Of a stretch of 64,000 bases of DNA, positions 28,844-40,200 are shown one piece after another. Under the pieces are notes generated by a model. It made no database searches. It was not told the origin of the DNA and worked only from the letters and a program-made list of their open reading frames with translations. The translations under genes were made by a program, and so were the position numbers. The stretch comes from Octopus sinensis (lineage: Eukaryota). How positions within the stretch are numbered: the first letter of the stretch is position 1; every line of letters begins with the position of its first letter. The stretch covers positions 114,700,001 to 114,764,000 of the forward strand of contig NC_042997.1 of the NCBI RefSeq assembly GCF_006345805.1, given 5' to 3'.

Positions 28844-29529
28844 CCACCAGTACTCTCATCGTCATCAACATCATCATGCTTAGTGGTATTTCTTCTGCTT
28901 CTTTATGTTCAGAATTCAAATGTCACTAAAAGTTGACTGTGCCTTTTATTCTTTGAAGGTTGATAAACTAAGTCCCAGCTGAGCACTGGGATTGATGTAT
29001 CCGACAAGCCCTTTGCCCTGAAATTTCAGGCTTTGTGCCTATAGTAGTAAGGATTCTCATCACCATTTTTATTATCACTATTAAGGCAGTGAGCTGGCAG
29101 GATCATTAGTGTGTCAAATAATAAGCAGAGCAGCATTTCTTCTGGCTTTTTATATTCCGAGTTCAAATCTTGCCATGGTCAACTTTGCTTTTCATCCATC
29201 CATGTCAATAAAATAAATACCTGTCAGCACTGGGGTTGATGGAATCAACTTCCTTTCCCATTAAAATTGCTGGCCTTATACCAAAACTTGAAGGAATTAT
29301 TATTCATTCATTGATTATTGTTACTCAATAATATAGTGAAATTACAAATAATGATTTTTGCTTGCAACTATTACCCTATAATTGTTTAATTATAGAGTTA
29401 CTCACTAGTCAGAGCCACAAATATCAACATGAGCCAACATTACTAGAATGTACAGTGTATTTTTATAATGTAAACATAAAAATGAAATATAAAATAAGAG
29501 AGAAATGTGCCATCTTATCAACATACCAG

Positions 29530-29688
29530 TCGATAAAACAAGACACAATGGCCAACCTTATCAAGGGCTTTGAAGTGACTGGTTCAGTTGAAGATTTAGA
29601 AAGACATGGAAGACCAAGATCCATCTGTACCAAAGAAAACAAACAAGTTGTTGAAGCTACTTCTATAAAAATCCATCAGGTTTTCTAA
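29530..29688 (+). mobile_element. Tc1/mariner-like transposase N-terminal fragment
   Basis: FEVTGSVEDLERHGRPRSICTKEN (GRPR motif). Confidence 0.6.
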
Positions 29689-29737
29689 ACAAACAAACAA
29701 ACAAAAAAAATGAAAATGTAAAATGTATATATATATA

Positions 29738-30272
29738 CAAGAGTGAGTCAAAACGTAATGCCATTTCGTTTACCAACACAGGAACATATATCATACATCA
29801 AAATGAAGCTGGTCCTCTCTGGATCACATCCCTACTTCTCAACATAGTCACTGTTTCTCTCAATAGCAATATTCCACCTTTGAATGAGAGCATGTATCCC
29901 TGCCCCGTAAAATTCTGTTGACTGTTCCTTGAGCCACGTCTTCACTATAGTTTTCACTTCCTTGTTACTGGAATAATGTTTGCCTCTCAAACCCTCTTTC
30001 ATGGGGCCAAAGAGATGATAGTCCAGTAACAAGGAAGTGAAAACTGTAATGAAGAAGTGGCTCAAAGAACAGTCAACAGAATTTTATGAGGTAGGGATAC
30101 ATGCTCTCATTCAAAGGTGGAACATTGATATTAAGAGAAACGGTGACTATGTTGAGAAGTAGGGATGTGACCCCACAGAGAACCAGCTTCATTTTGATGT
30201 ATGATACATGTTCCTGTGTTGGTAATTATACCTCTCCTAAACAAAATGGCATTACTTTTTGACTCACCCTCG
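29738..30272. mobile_element. Mariner-derived palindromic element built from two transposase 3' ends
   Basis: TA|caagagtgagtcaaaa ... ttttgactcaccctcg|TA. The left arm encodes DYHLFGPMKEGLRG...RWNIAIERNSDYVEK on the minus strand, and the right arm repeats the 3' part on the plus strand. Confidence 0.85.
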
Positions 30273-32624
30273 TATCTCTATATCTATATAGATATAAAAA
30301 AAAGAGGCATTTCATGAACATCTATTTTGTTGATATTTCATGAGGTGAGGGTGGATGTTACAGCGAGCGTTGCTGGTCATTCTCTGCAGAAATGCTTTTG
30401 CAATCATGTCCAAAAGGTGCAGCTAAACACATCATTTGTCTGGGGTGTACAACCTCTCCACCACTACCTTCTGCTGTTTAATTCCCACCTCCATTTTTTT
30501 TCTTTTTCTTAGTTTCCTTAGGGAGATACAAGTTTTTTTTTTTCTGGATAATTTCATCTTTTATACCTTTTGTGTTTTTTTTTTCTTTTCATTCATGAGA
30601 CCAACTTAAAAATTCTATCAACTTCATTATTGTGAATGAAAGTGATCTCAATGAAACATTGAAGTCGTGACCAGACATGAAAACATAAAACTTGCAGGGG
30701 AGACCCAGCTGAAAAGTGTCTTTTGAACTAAAGAAAAGTTAATTGTACAGCACAAATTAAGGGACAAGTGAAAATCCAAGACGAAATTGTCAAAAAATAT
30801 CATTGTCCAGTATTGTAGTTACTGTCCTGAAGGTGAATTCTGTTTCAGGTGAATTACTCAACTCTGATACAATAATCAAGTCTTGCTGAATCTAACGAGA
30901 CGAAGATAAAATATATTTGTAACATAAAGGGGTACCAGCTTATTACAGTAGTAGCTTTAAACACAATAAGTTAGATCAGTATACGTGTTAACAATGAGCA
31001 GTATATTGCTGACAAGCTGAGTAACCTGCTCAGTTTTTGATTGCCCACATGCAGAAAGTAAATCAAAATGTTTTCATTTAGGGACAGAGCAACGTCTGCT
31101 CTTGAAACTAAAAAAATCTAAAGACAGCAGAGGAGTAATGAAATGAGTCAAAGAGGGAGAGAACTGGAGATAAAAACATGATTAGAGAGAGAGAGAGAGA
31201 GAGAGAGAGATAAAAGTGGAAAAAAAAACTTTAAAAATAATAGAAAACTTACTGTTCATTGAGTTACAAATTTTATCTAGTGACAACAGAAACATGGTTT
31301 GGGAACAAAAATATAGATTTTTAGAGAACTAACTAAAGATGACAATTATTGAAGGGTTAATTAATTACATATATCAGAGGTGGGGAAACCCCCGCCTGCG
31401 ACCCCATTTTATTGCACTCGCAGGCTTGTATACTCGTACCTACAAAATATATAAATTTTTCAATTATAAAATTTATACAATATTCCTATGCCTATTTTCG
31501 ACATAAAAGACTCGAACGGAAAATCATCCGGTAATTGCCATTTGAATGGAAATTTTGCTTTCACTATAAAACACATACTACCAGGTTTGTACCACCCCCT
31601 TGAGACCCAACTACATTAGCTGAAAGAAATAGAATACTTCATAAGTAATATAAACATCCTAAATTCAGTGGCGGCATTAATGGAGATGTTATGCGTTAAT
31701 TTAATTTGTTAAACATATCTTTATTAATGTATACTGAATTATACATAGATATATACAAGATTTACACAGATACAGGAGTCAGAACTTGTGATCTGCCCAA
31801 GGACCTTTTCTTTGCAAATTTTTGCCTGCTGCACTAAAAAATTTCCCCATGACAGACATATGTTGGGCAACACCCCAACCACAAGGCTACATGGCCTAGT
31901 GGTTATCCCCAGACCGGGCAGCGCATTGTGTTTCTGAGCAAAACGTTTCATTTCATGTTGGCCCAGTCCACTCAACTGTAAATGAGTAAGTCTGTGATTG
32001 AAGAGTTGTCCAATTAGAGGGACTGTTGGCCTGCTTGCCTCGCCAGCAGGGTGGCATCATTCGAAAGCTAAAAACGATGCAAAAGCGCATTGTGACCAGC
32101 AATGTATAACAACATCTGATAGTCTGGTCAATACTGTGATATTCTTTTATTGGTTTGTCATTAGACTGCGGCCATGCTGGAGCATCACTTTTAGTCAAAG
32201 AAATCGACCCCAGGACGTATTCTTTGTAAGCCTAGTACTTATTCTATCAGTCACTTTTGCCAAACTGCTAAGCTACAGGGATGTAAACACACCAACATCG
32301 GTTGTCAAGCAGTGGTGGGGGACAAACACAGATACATACATACATATATATATATCCGATGGGCTTCTTTCAGTTTCTGTCTACCAAATCTACTCACAAG
32401 GATTTGGTTGGCCCGAGGCTATAGTAGAAGATATTTGTCCAAAGTGCCACACAGTGGGACTGAACCTGGAACCATGTGGTTGGGAAGCAAGCTTCTTACC
32501 ACACAGCCATGCCTGCAACTATTGTATACGTAACTTACTTAGTTTAGAGGAAAGAGTAGAACCAAAGGACACTAGCTGGGCCCACTGAGACTAGTGAGGT
32601 TGATGCTGTTAATATTCTGTTTAA

Positions 32625-32865
32625 CCCTTTCAACATGGAATTTTGTCTTAAGTCAGTAATGGCGGCAAGGGGGGGGGGGTTATACATATGTGAGCCTTTT
32701 GAGCTGCCATTACAGTGTCATACACTCTGATCATATGCCTGGTGCTACATATTTATAAGAAAAACCAGAGTGGTACTATATTGCATCACATAGAATGGCA
32801 ATTTTAAAGATTTGGGTTGTAAAATTTTTGACTGGCACAAATATGTACCAGCTGGGCTGAAAGGG
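32625..32865. mobile_element. piggyBac-like MITE
   Basis: TTAA|ccctttca ... tgaaaggg|TTAA. Confidence 0.7.
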
Positions 32866-32879
32866 TTAAAGTGTTGCAC

Positions 32880-33635
32880 GTCAACATCTACATGAGAGTC
32901 ATGAGCAAGGAGGAGATTCTAGAGGGATGATGTTCTGAGGAAGAGGCTTAAGTATTGTGGTTAGCATGGGGAAGGGTGTTGGATGCAACAAGAGCAAGGC
33001 AGATGTACTTCTGCAGAAGTGGTACAAGATCAGCTTACTTTAAGAGAAGGCCATTATTGTAGCTCTAGAAAAGACATAAAAGGGGAACAGCATGCCTATG
33101 GAACAGAGGCTGGAGCTTGTCTATGTTGAATGGGCCTTCTCAGAATGCAGTCCATGGTATCTCTGTGCAGCAGCACTGTCCTAGGTGTGGGAGCAATACT
33201 CTATTGTGGGTGTCAGTAACAGGTAGGGATTGAAATATTTTCTGGATGTGCTTTTGTTAAGAGAGATTTTTGATGATAGAGGCCCAGTATCTGCAGTGAT
33301 AAGAGTGCTCTAGCTAAGTGCCACTGGTGAGGGGGTGGGAGTGGGGTGGTGGAGTAGTGCAGTGGTGTTTCTTGGTTTGGAGAGTGCTTGAGTTATTTCG
33401 CTGTTAAAAGACTGACATCACTCTACTGGAGGAAGGTTTCAAGTCTTTGCCTATGGAATCAATGCAAGCCTGGTGTACGGTGCCTAGTTTGTGTGTAGAT
33501 GATGCATGGTTGAGGCAGGTTAGAGAAGAATGGTAAGTTGTATCATCTGCATAAGAGTGAGTATTGCTGGATGTAGTGGTTGGTAGGTCATTGTATATAG
33601 AAGAGGAAGGTACAAAACGGGACCCTGGAGTACAT
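32880..33635 (-). mobile_element. Degenerate LINE RT fragment
   Basis: Frameshifted QGPVL...YADD-like segment near 33540-33630 and LINE-like strand composition; possibly continues at 34390-34860. Confidence 0.5.
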
Positions 33636-34990
33636 TATGATCTTTTAACATCTGCTTTCCATGCTGGCATAGATCGGATAGTTTGACAGGAATTGGCAAG
33701 CTGGAGTGCTGTACCAGGCGCCAGTCACCAGTTTCGGATTGGTTTCTACAGCTGATGCTCTTCCTAATGCCAACCACTTTACAGAGTGTACTGGGTGCTT
33801 CTTATGTTATACCATAACCAGTGCTTTTTATGTGGCACCAGCACAGATGCTTTCAATGTGGTGCCAGCACTGGGGTGCAGCTTTAGTCACAGTATGGAAG
33901 GGGTTAAGTTTTTGAGGTGGGAAAGAGAGTAGAGTGTTTGTGTGTGTTGGTCTAGAGTGCAGGTAAAGGATGGAATACATTGGTGTAAAGAGATCATCAT
34001 CATCATTAACGTCCATTTTCCGTGCTAGCACGGGTTGGACGGTTCGACCGGGGTCTTGGAAACCAGGAGGCTGTACCAGGCTCCATTCTGATCTGGCAGT
34101 GTTTCTACAGCTGGATGCCTTTCCTAAAGCTAACCACTCTGTGAGTGTAGTGGGTGCTTTTTATGTGCCAGGGGAGGCTGGCAGCAGCCATGATTGGTTG
34201 GTACTTTTTATGTGCCACCGGCACAGAATCCAGTCATGGCAGCACTGGCATTGGCCACGTTCGGATGGTGCTTTTTATGTGCCACCGGCACAGGTATCGC
34301 AACTACAATTTCCATTTGATATTTATTTTGATGTTGATGTACTTCACTCAATAGGTCTCCTCAAGCACAGCAGGTCATGTGCCACCGGCAGAGATGAGAA
34401 TAGCAAAGAGAGTTAGTTTTTGCACAGGTAGCATCAGTGTGGGATGAGCATGGGGGCTATGAAGATGAAGACTTGGCAGAGATAAGATAGATGTTTTCAA
34501 TGTGTGGAGGTGATATGTTCAAAGAGTTTCTGATGGTCTGAGGTATTTAGATAGCAATAGAGGAAAATGAAGGAGGGAGACTTTGAAGCAGAAATGGAAG
34601 TTGTTCTTGCAGAAGTCCAGTTATGAGAGGTAAGAGACAAGGAGAATATGAAGATAGTAAAGTTTGGTGTGAAATTTGAGTAGAAAGTGTATTAGAGACA
34701 ACAAAACTGGATTGTACATTAGAGGTGAGAAATTTGTGTCTGAGAGAGAAATAGGATGTGTGGTTTGCCAGAGATTAAAAGGTGATACGTGGGGTCTAGG
34801 TTGTAGAGAAGATCTTGAAGGACATGAACAAAAAAAACAGCAACTGTGATTGAAATAACAAAGCAAGGATTAGAAAGAGACAAATTAATAATAATTACTG
34901 TTGAAGTATGTACTGTTGGATGGCAAATTAGAAAATTGATTATTAATTAGGCATATAAATAAACACATACAAACAACCACATATGTATGC

Positions 34991-35062
34991 CATCTGATGA
35001 GGTAGTTGACTATCAATATATTTACTAATTATTGATCACTGACAACAGAAACAATTGTTATG
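34991..35062 (+). ncRNA. Degenerate hammerhead ribozyme candidate
   Basis: cat-CTGATGA-g[gttg..atcaata/tattgat..caac stem II]-GAAAC-aatt-GTT-atg; stem I is only 3 bp. Confidence 0.4.
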
Positions 35063-35674
35063 AAATAATTAACATACTGTCTGTTTTCTGGTTTTTCTTT
35101 TAAACTATATGCATATACCCATATGAACATGCATACATATATCCCTGTATCTTGAGGGTACGCCCTGCATATCTTCACCATCTTCCTCTCTCTCCCTCGA
35201 CAGGGGTAGCCAGGTATTTCTATCATAGTTTAACCCCTCCTCACCTGGTACAAAGCCACCTCTCTCACCTACTCCTTCAGTTGAAGAGTCTTTGTCTTGA
35301 CTAATACTTGGTGACCTGGCAGTTGCTGATGCCACATGAAAAGCACCCAGTCCACTCTGTAAATCAGATGGTGTTAGGAAGGGCATCTGGCCACAAAAAC
35401 CATACCAATGCAGTTCTCTGGCTAGCCAGCTCTTGTCAAACCATCTAAACCATACCAGGATGGACTACAGATGCTAAATATTGATAATGGTATGGCACAT
35501 AAAAGCACCTATTACACTCTCAGAGTGGTTGGCTTTAGGAATAGCATCAAGCTGTAGAAAACCATGCCAAATCAGACTGGAGTCTGGTGCAGCCTTCCAG
35601 TGTGCCAGCCCCAGCCAAACTGTCCAACCCATGCCAGCATGGACAACAGACGTATGATGATGATGATGATGATG

Positions 35675-35734
<60 letters not shown>

Positions 35735-35872
35735 TAAGGGTAAAAATTGATATTAATCAATTAAAACCAGTGGCCTAGCATATTTTTAAAAAATCCGAAG
35801 ATTAGAAAATTTTTTACATACAAAATTTAGAGGACTGACCACTAAAAAAATAGACAGCCTATATGCTAGATA

Positions 35873-36105
35873 TAGGCGGTGAGCTGGCAGAAACGTTAGC
35901 ACGCTGGGCGAAATGCGTAGCCGTATTTCATCTGCCGTTACGTTCTGAGTTCAAATTCCGCCGAGGTCGACTTTACCTTTCATCCTTTCAGGGTCGATAA
36001 ATAAAGTACCAGTTACGCACTGGGGTCAATGTAATCGACTTAATGCCTTTGTCTGTCCTTGTTTGTCCCCTCTATGTTTAGCACCTTGTGGGCAGTCAAG
36101 AAATA
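35873..36105 (+). mobile_element. Full-length tRNA-derived SINE, family C, with a 13-bp TSD (copies near 11620-11835, 16753-16957, 28265-28440, 29085-29290)
   Basis: ggcggtgagctggcagaa...gagttcaaattcc head and cctttcatcctttc..ggtcgataaat central domain; TSD tatatgctagata at 35860-35872 and 36106-36118. Confidence 0.88.
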
Positions 36106-36876
36106 TATATGCTAGATACAGACATCACAATCACCATTTTCCACGAAGAATGTGTTCTCAAGAAAAAAATTCAGCAAAAAAAGTGTAAAAATAAGCAAGA
36201 CAAATGAAAATATACGAAATATTCTGCTTCTGATCCCAAAAGAAATGAAACTGAAGAAATCTGGAAGCTGCTTCAAATCCTCAATGCTTTAGAACCAGAG
36301 TTAAATTCTTCAACCTGTCTACAGACCTGAGGGGCTGTCTTCGTAGAGATTATTTCTCTGGTTGGTGTACCAAACCTTTGTTTCAAGACAGTGAGGGAAG
36401 ATCTCCTTCTGGCAGTAAAGGGGCTACCAATGATCCAGTAGATGAATTGATATCAGAGATCTTTCCTAACCAGTAACATCTGACATGGAAATAGCTGTGC
36501 AAAAGAGCTACATCTGTACCCTGTAATGATCAATGATCAACATCAATGGGCAGCTGTTACAAGCACTTCCAGGAAATAGTCAAAACGTAATACATCAATG
36601 AGGAAGAAAGCATTCACTATCCTGCTGAATTTTAAAATTTCTTGGAACATTCAAGTCTACAACCGAATGAATTTCAAATAAAAAAAAAAAGAGAGAAAAG
36701 GAGAGACAAGTGGTTAGGAGTGGGTGTGTGGTAAGTAGCTTGCTTACCAACCACATGGTTCCAGGTTCAGTCCCACAGCATGGTGCCTTGGGCAAGCACC
36801 TTCTAACATAGTATCAGGCTGACCAAAGTCTTGTGAGTAGATCTGGTAGAAAGAAACTGAAAGAAGCCCGTCGTGC

Positions 36877-36918
<42 letters not shown>

Positions 36919-39531
36919 GATTCTGTTTGCCCCCCAACCATCACTTGACAACCGATGTTGGTGTGTTTACACCCCCGTAACTTAACAGTTTGGCAACAGA
37001 GGCCGATAGAATAAATACTAGGCTTACAAAGAAAAAGTCCTGGGGTCGATTTGTTCAACTAAAGGCGGTGCTCCAGCATGGCTGCAGTCAAATTACTGAA
37101 ACAAATAAAAGAATCCAATAATGCTGTTGTGTTATTTACATCAGTGAATGGTACAAGACTAATTGGTTAAAAAGCTCATGCTGTATCATATTCAGCCCAC
37201 TGTTCTTACTGGTGTGCCAAATGAGAAAGATACAATTATATTCAGAATACCATTCACATCAACAGATGAACTTTTTGATGCTTTCTCTAAGACCAATCTA
37301 ATGAATGAGCTTGAATAATGTTTAGTATTAAACCAAAAATATATTAAGAGGCGTTCAGAAGCAACAATAGGAAAATTAAGCAATCCACAATAGTGGTGGA
37401 ATAAATTTAATTTATGACTGCTTTGCATAAATATCAATATTCTGTGTTAGAGAATGGTGGAAGTAAGAAATCAACTAACTACAAAATGGCCAGTCAGCAG
37501 CTCATTTTTTCTGCACATCAAAAGTAGAAGTGGAATGTTCTCACTTTTATATTTCCCTCACAGCTACACTTTATTGTATCTATATTGGCACACAGCCACT
37601 CAGCCTCTTGTCTGGCACAGAGCCACTCCCCTTGGTTCCACTCTCTCTCTCAACCAAGAGGACTTTGTTTTGAAAGTTACATGGCAACCCTGCTGGTGTC
37701 AGTGCCCAGTGACCCGTAAAAGGAACCTATGATACATTAAAGTCACCCTCCCCCAGTATATTCTGTTAAGTGGTTGGCATCAGGAAAGGCATCCAGCCAC
37801 AGAAACCAGGCCAAAACAGATGACAGGCACCTGATGCAGCTCTCCAGCTTACCAGCTCTGGTCAAACTGTCTAACCCATACCAGCATGGAAAGTGGATGT
37901 TAAATGATGATATATATATAGAATGGTATAGTTTGCATAAAGCAGTCTTATAGTTTCTGTCTACCAGATCTACTCACAAGACTTTGGTCAGCCTGATGCT
38001 ATGTTAGAAGGTGCTTGTCCAAGGCACCATGCTGTGGGACTGAACCTGGAACCATGTGGTTGGTAAGCAAGCTACTTACCACACACCCACTCCTAACCAC
38101 TTGGCATTAGGAAGGGCATCCAGCCGTAGAAACACTGCCAAATCTGACTGGGCCTGATGAAGCCTCCCGGCTTCACAGACCCCAGTTAAACCGTCCAACC
38201 CATGCTAGCATGGAAAACGGACGCTAAATGATGATGATATATATATAGGCCCAATGGTTAGGGCAGTGGTCTCACGGTTGTTGGATCGCGGTTTCGATTC
38301 CCAGACCGGGCATTGTGTTTATTGAGCGAAAACACCTAAAGCCCCACGAGGCTCCGGCAGGGGATGATGGCGCTCCCTGCTGTACTCTTTCACCACGCCT
38401 TTCTCTCACTCTTTCTTCTGTTGGCCTGCTCGCTTAGCCAGCGGGGTGGCATCATTTGAAGGCTAAAACAATGTGAAGCGCATTGTGACCAGCGATGTGT
38501 AGCAACATCTGATAGCCTGATCGATCACGGTGATATATATATATATATATTTTACAAAGCCAAGACAAGACAATGCAAGTTATAAGAAATAATACAGGTC
38601 GATGGTTTGCACTTTTATCATGTATTTCAATATTTCAGGGTAAGGTATATTGTGTGCGTGAGAGTATATATTGTTCAAAATTGTACAAAAAAAAACTTAA
38701 ACAAACAAAAGAAACAGTCATGTGAGGGAATGACAAACATGGTTTAGTTTGATGACACACATGTATATGCATATATGAGAACATTTGCACATATATCATA
38801 GTTTGAACATCTACTTTCCTATACTTACAAGGTTTGGACAAAGTTCATGGCAAATTTTCTACAGCTGAATACCTTTCCTGTCACCAACCCTCATTCGTTT
38901 CCAAGCAAGGCAATATTTACCCATGGACAAACATACTTATGCAGAATATTGGAAATGATTGGCATTCATTTTAACAGGAGACACGCACATAGACATACAC
39001 ACTCACGCATATATACATGCCCACATGATGGGCTTCTTTCAATTTCTGTGAACCAAATCCATTCAAAAGGCTATAATCAGCCTGGGGCTGATGAAACTTG
39101 CTCAAGGTGTCATGTAATGCTTGTCTTCTATGCTGGCATGGGTTGGATAGCTGGAGCCTGTGTTTAATGACCACTTCTGAAGTATGTGTCACAATGGTAC
39201 ATACAATATAATACAAAATTATCAAGATTGTTTTATTTGGTAATGTCACGCAAACACACACATAACCAGTACACACTGTAAAATGGTTGGCACTAGGAAG
39301 AGCATCCGGCTGCGGAAACCAAGCCAGAAGAGACATTGGAGCCCAATATAGCTGTGGAGCATGCCAGGTTCTGAAAACAGTCAACCCATGCCAGAATGGA
39401 CGTTAAAGGATGATGATATCTAAATACATATATATATATATATCTCACGTTGATTCTTCATACTTTGCTGAGAATTTACTGGTGTAAATTGGTGTAGATT
39501 TAAAAAGTTGTATTAGTAAATTAAGTGTATG

Positions 39532-39668
39532 ATTAAGTTATTGAATGAAGTTCTACAAATCTAATCATATTTGTCAAAAATGGAGGGGATTACAACTTTT
39601 TAACATCTTATCTCCTCCATTTTTGACAAATATGATTAGATTTGTAGAACTTCATTCTATAACTTAAT
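39532..39668. repeat. Inverted repeat with 59-bp arms and a 19-nt spacer, inside a (TA)n-flanked insert
   Basis: attaagttattgaatgaagttctac...tggaggggat / atctcctcca...aacttaat, near-perfect. Confidence 0.9.
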
Positions 39669-39850
39669 ATACTAATATCTCTTATATGTATACACCTTAT
39701 TAATTTTGCCTGTACGACGTGTGCATGCAGCCACCAGCGATGATATTTTCAAAAGTACTATCGCTCTCATATATATATATATATAAATAAGTGTAGTGCT
39801 CCAGTATGGCCACAACCAAATGACTGAAACAAATAAAATATTTATTTTGT

Positions 39851-40200
39851 TGTGTCTATGGAGAGTCATTATGTCAATATTAACACACACACTGGTTCAG
39901 TTCCACTCCTTAATTATTAGTCATTTGGTTAACTATCCAACTAACTAATCAATTGTTTGTTTAACTTAGTTTAAGAGTAAGTCAGGTTTTTTTTTAAAAA
40001 AAAGTTCTTTCATTGCAACATGCAACCTTTTTAAACGAATGAGCTTTAACAAAAAACAAAAACAAACGGCTTACTCTTTGGCCAAATTAAACAACAAGCG
40101 ATTAGGTAGTTGGATATTTAACCAGTTGACTAATAATAAAGGAGTGGAATTGAACTAGTGCATGTGTTAATAATATTGGCATAATGACCCTCTCTACACA
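39851..40200. mobile_element. Foldback MITE with ~140-bp imperfect arms
   Basis: gagagtcattatgtcaatatt...ttccactcct...aagagtaag is mirrored by cttactctt...aggagtggaa...aatattggcataatgaccctc. Confidence 0.75.

Noticed and set aside
31998-32588. 196-aa ORF and the many similar 60-220 aa ORFs
   Set aside because: They are read-throughs of SINEs and microsatellites with no protein motifs.
37190-37320. Short coding-looking stretch (QPTVLTGVPNEKDTIIFRIPF...)
   Set aside because: No recognisable family and no consistent splice structure.
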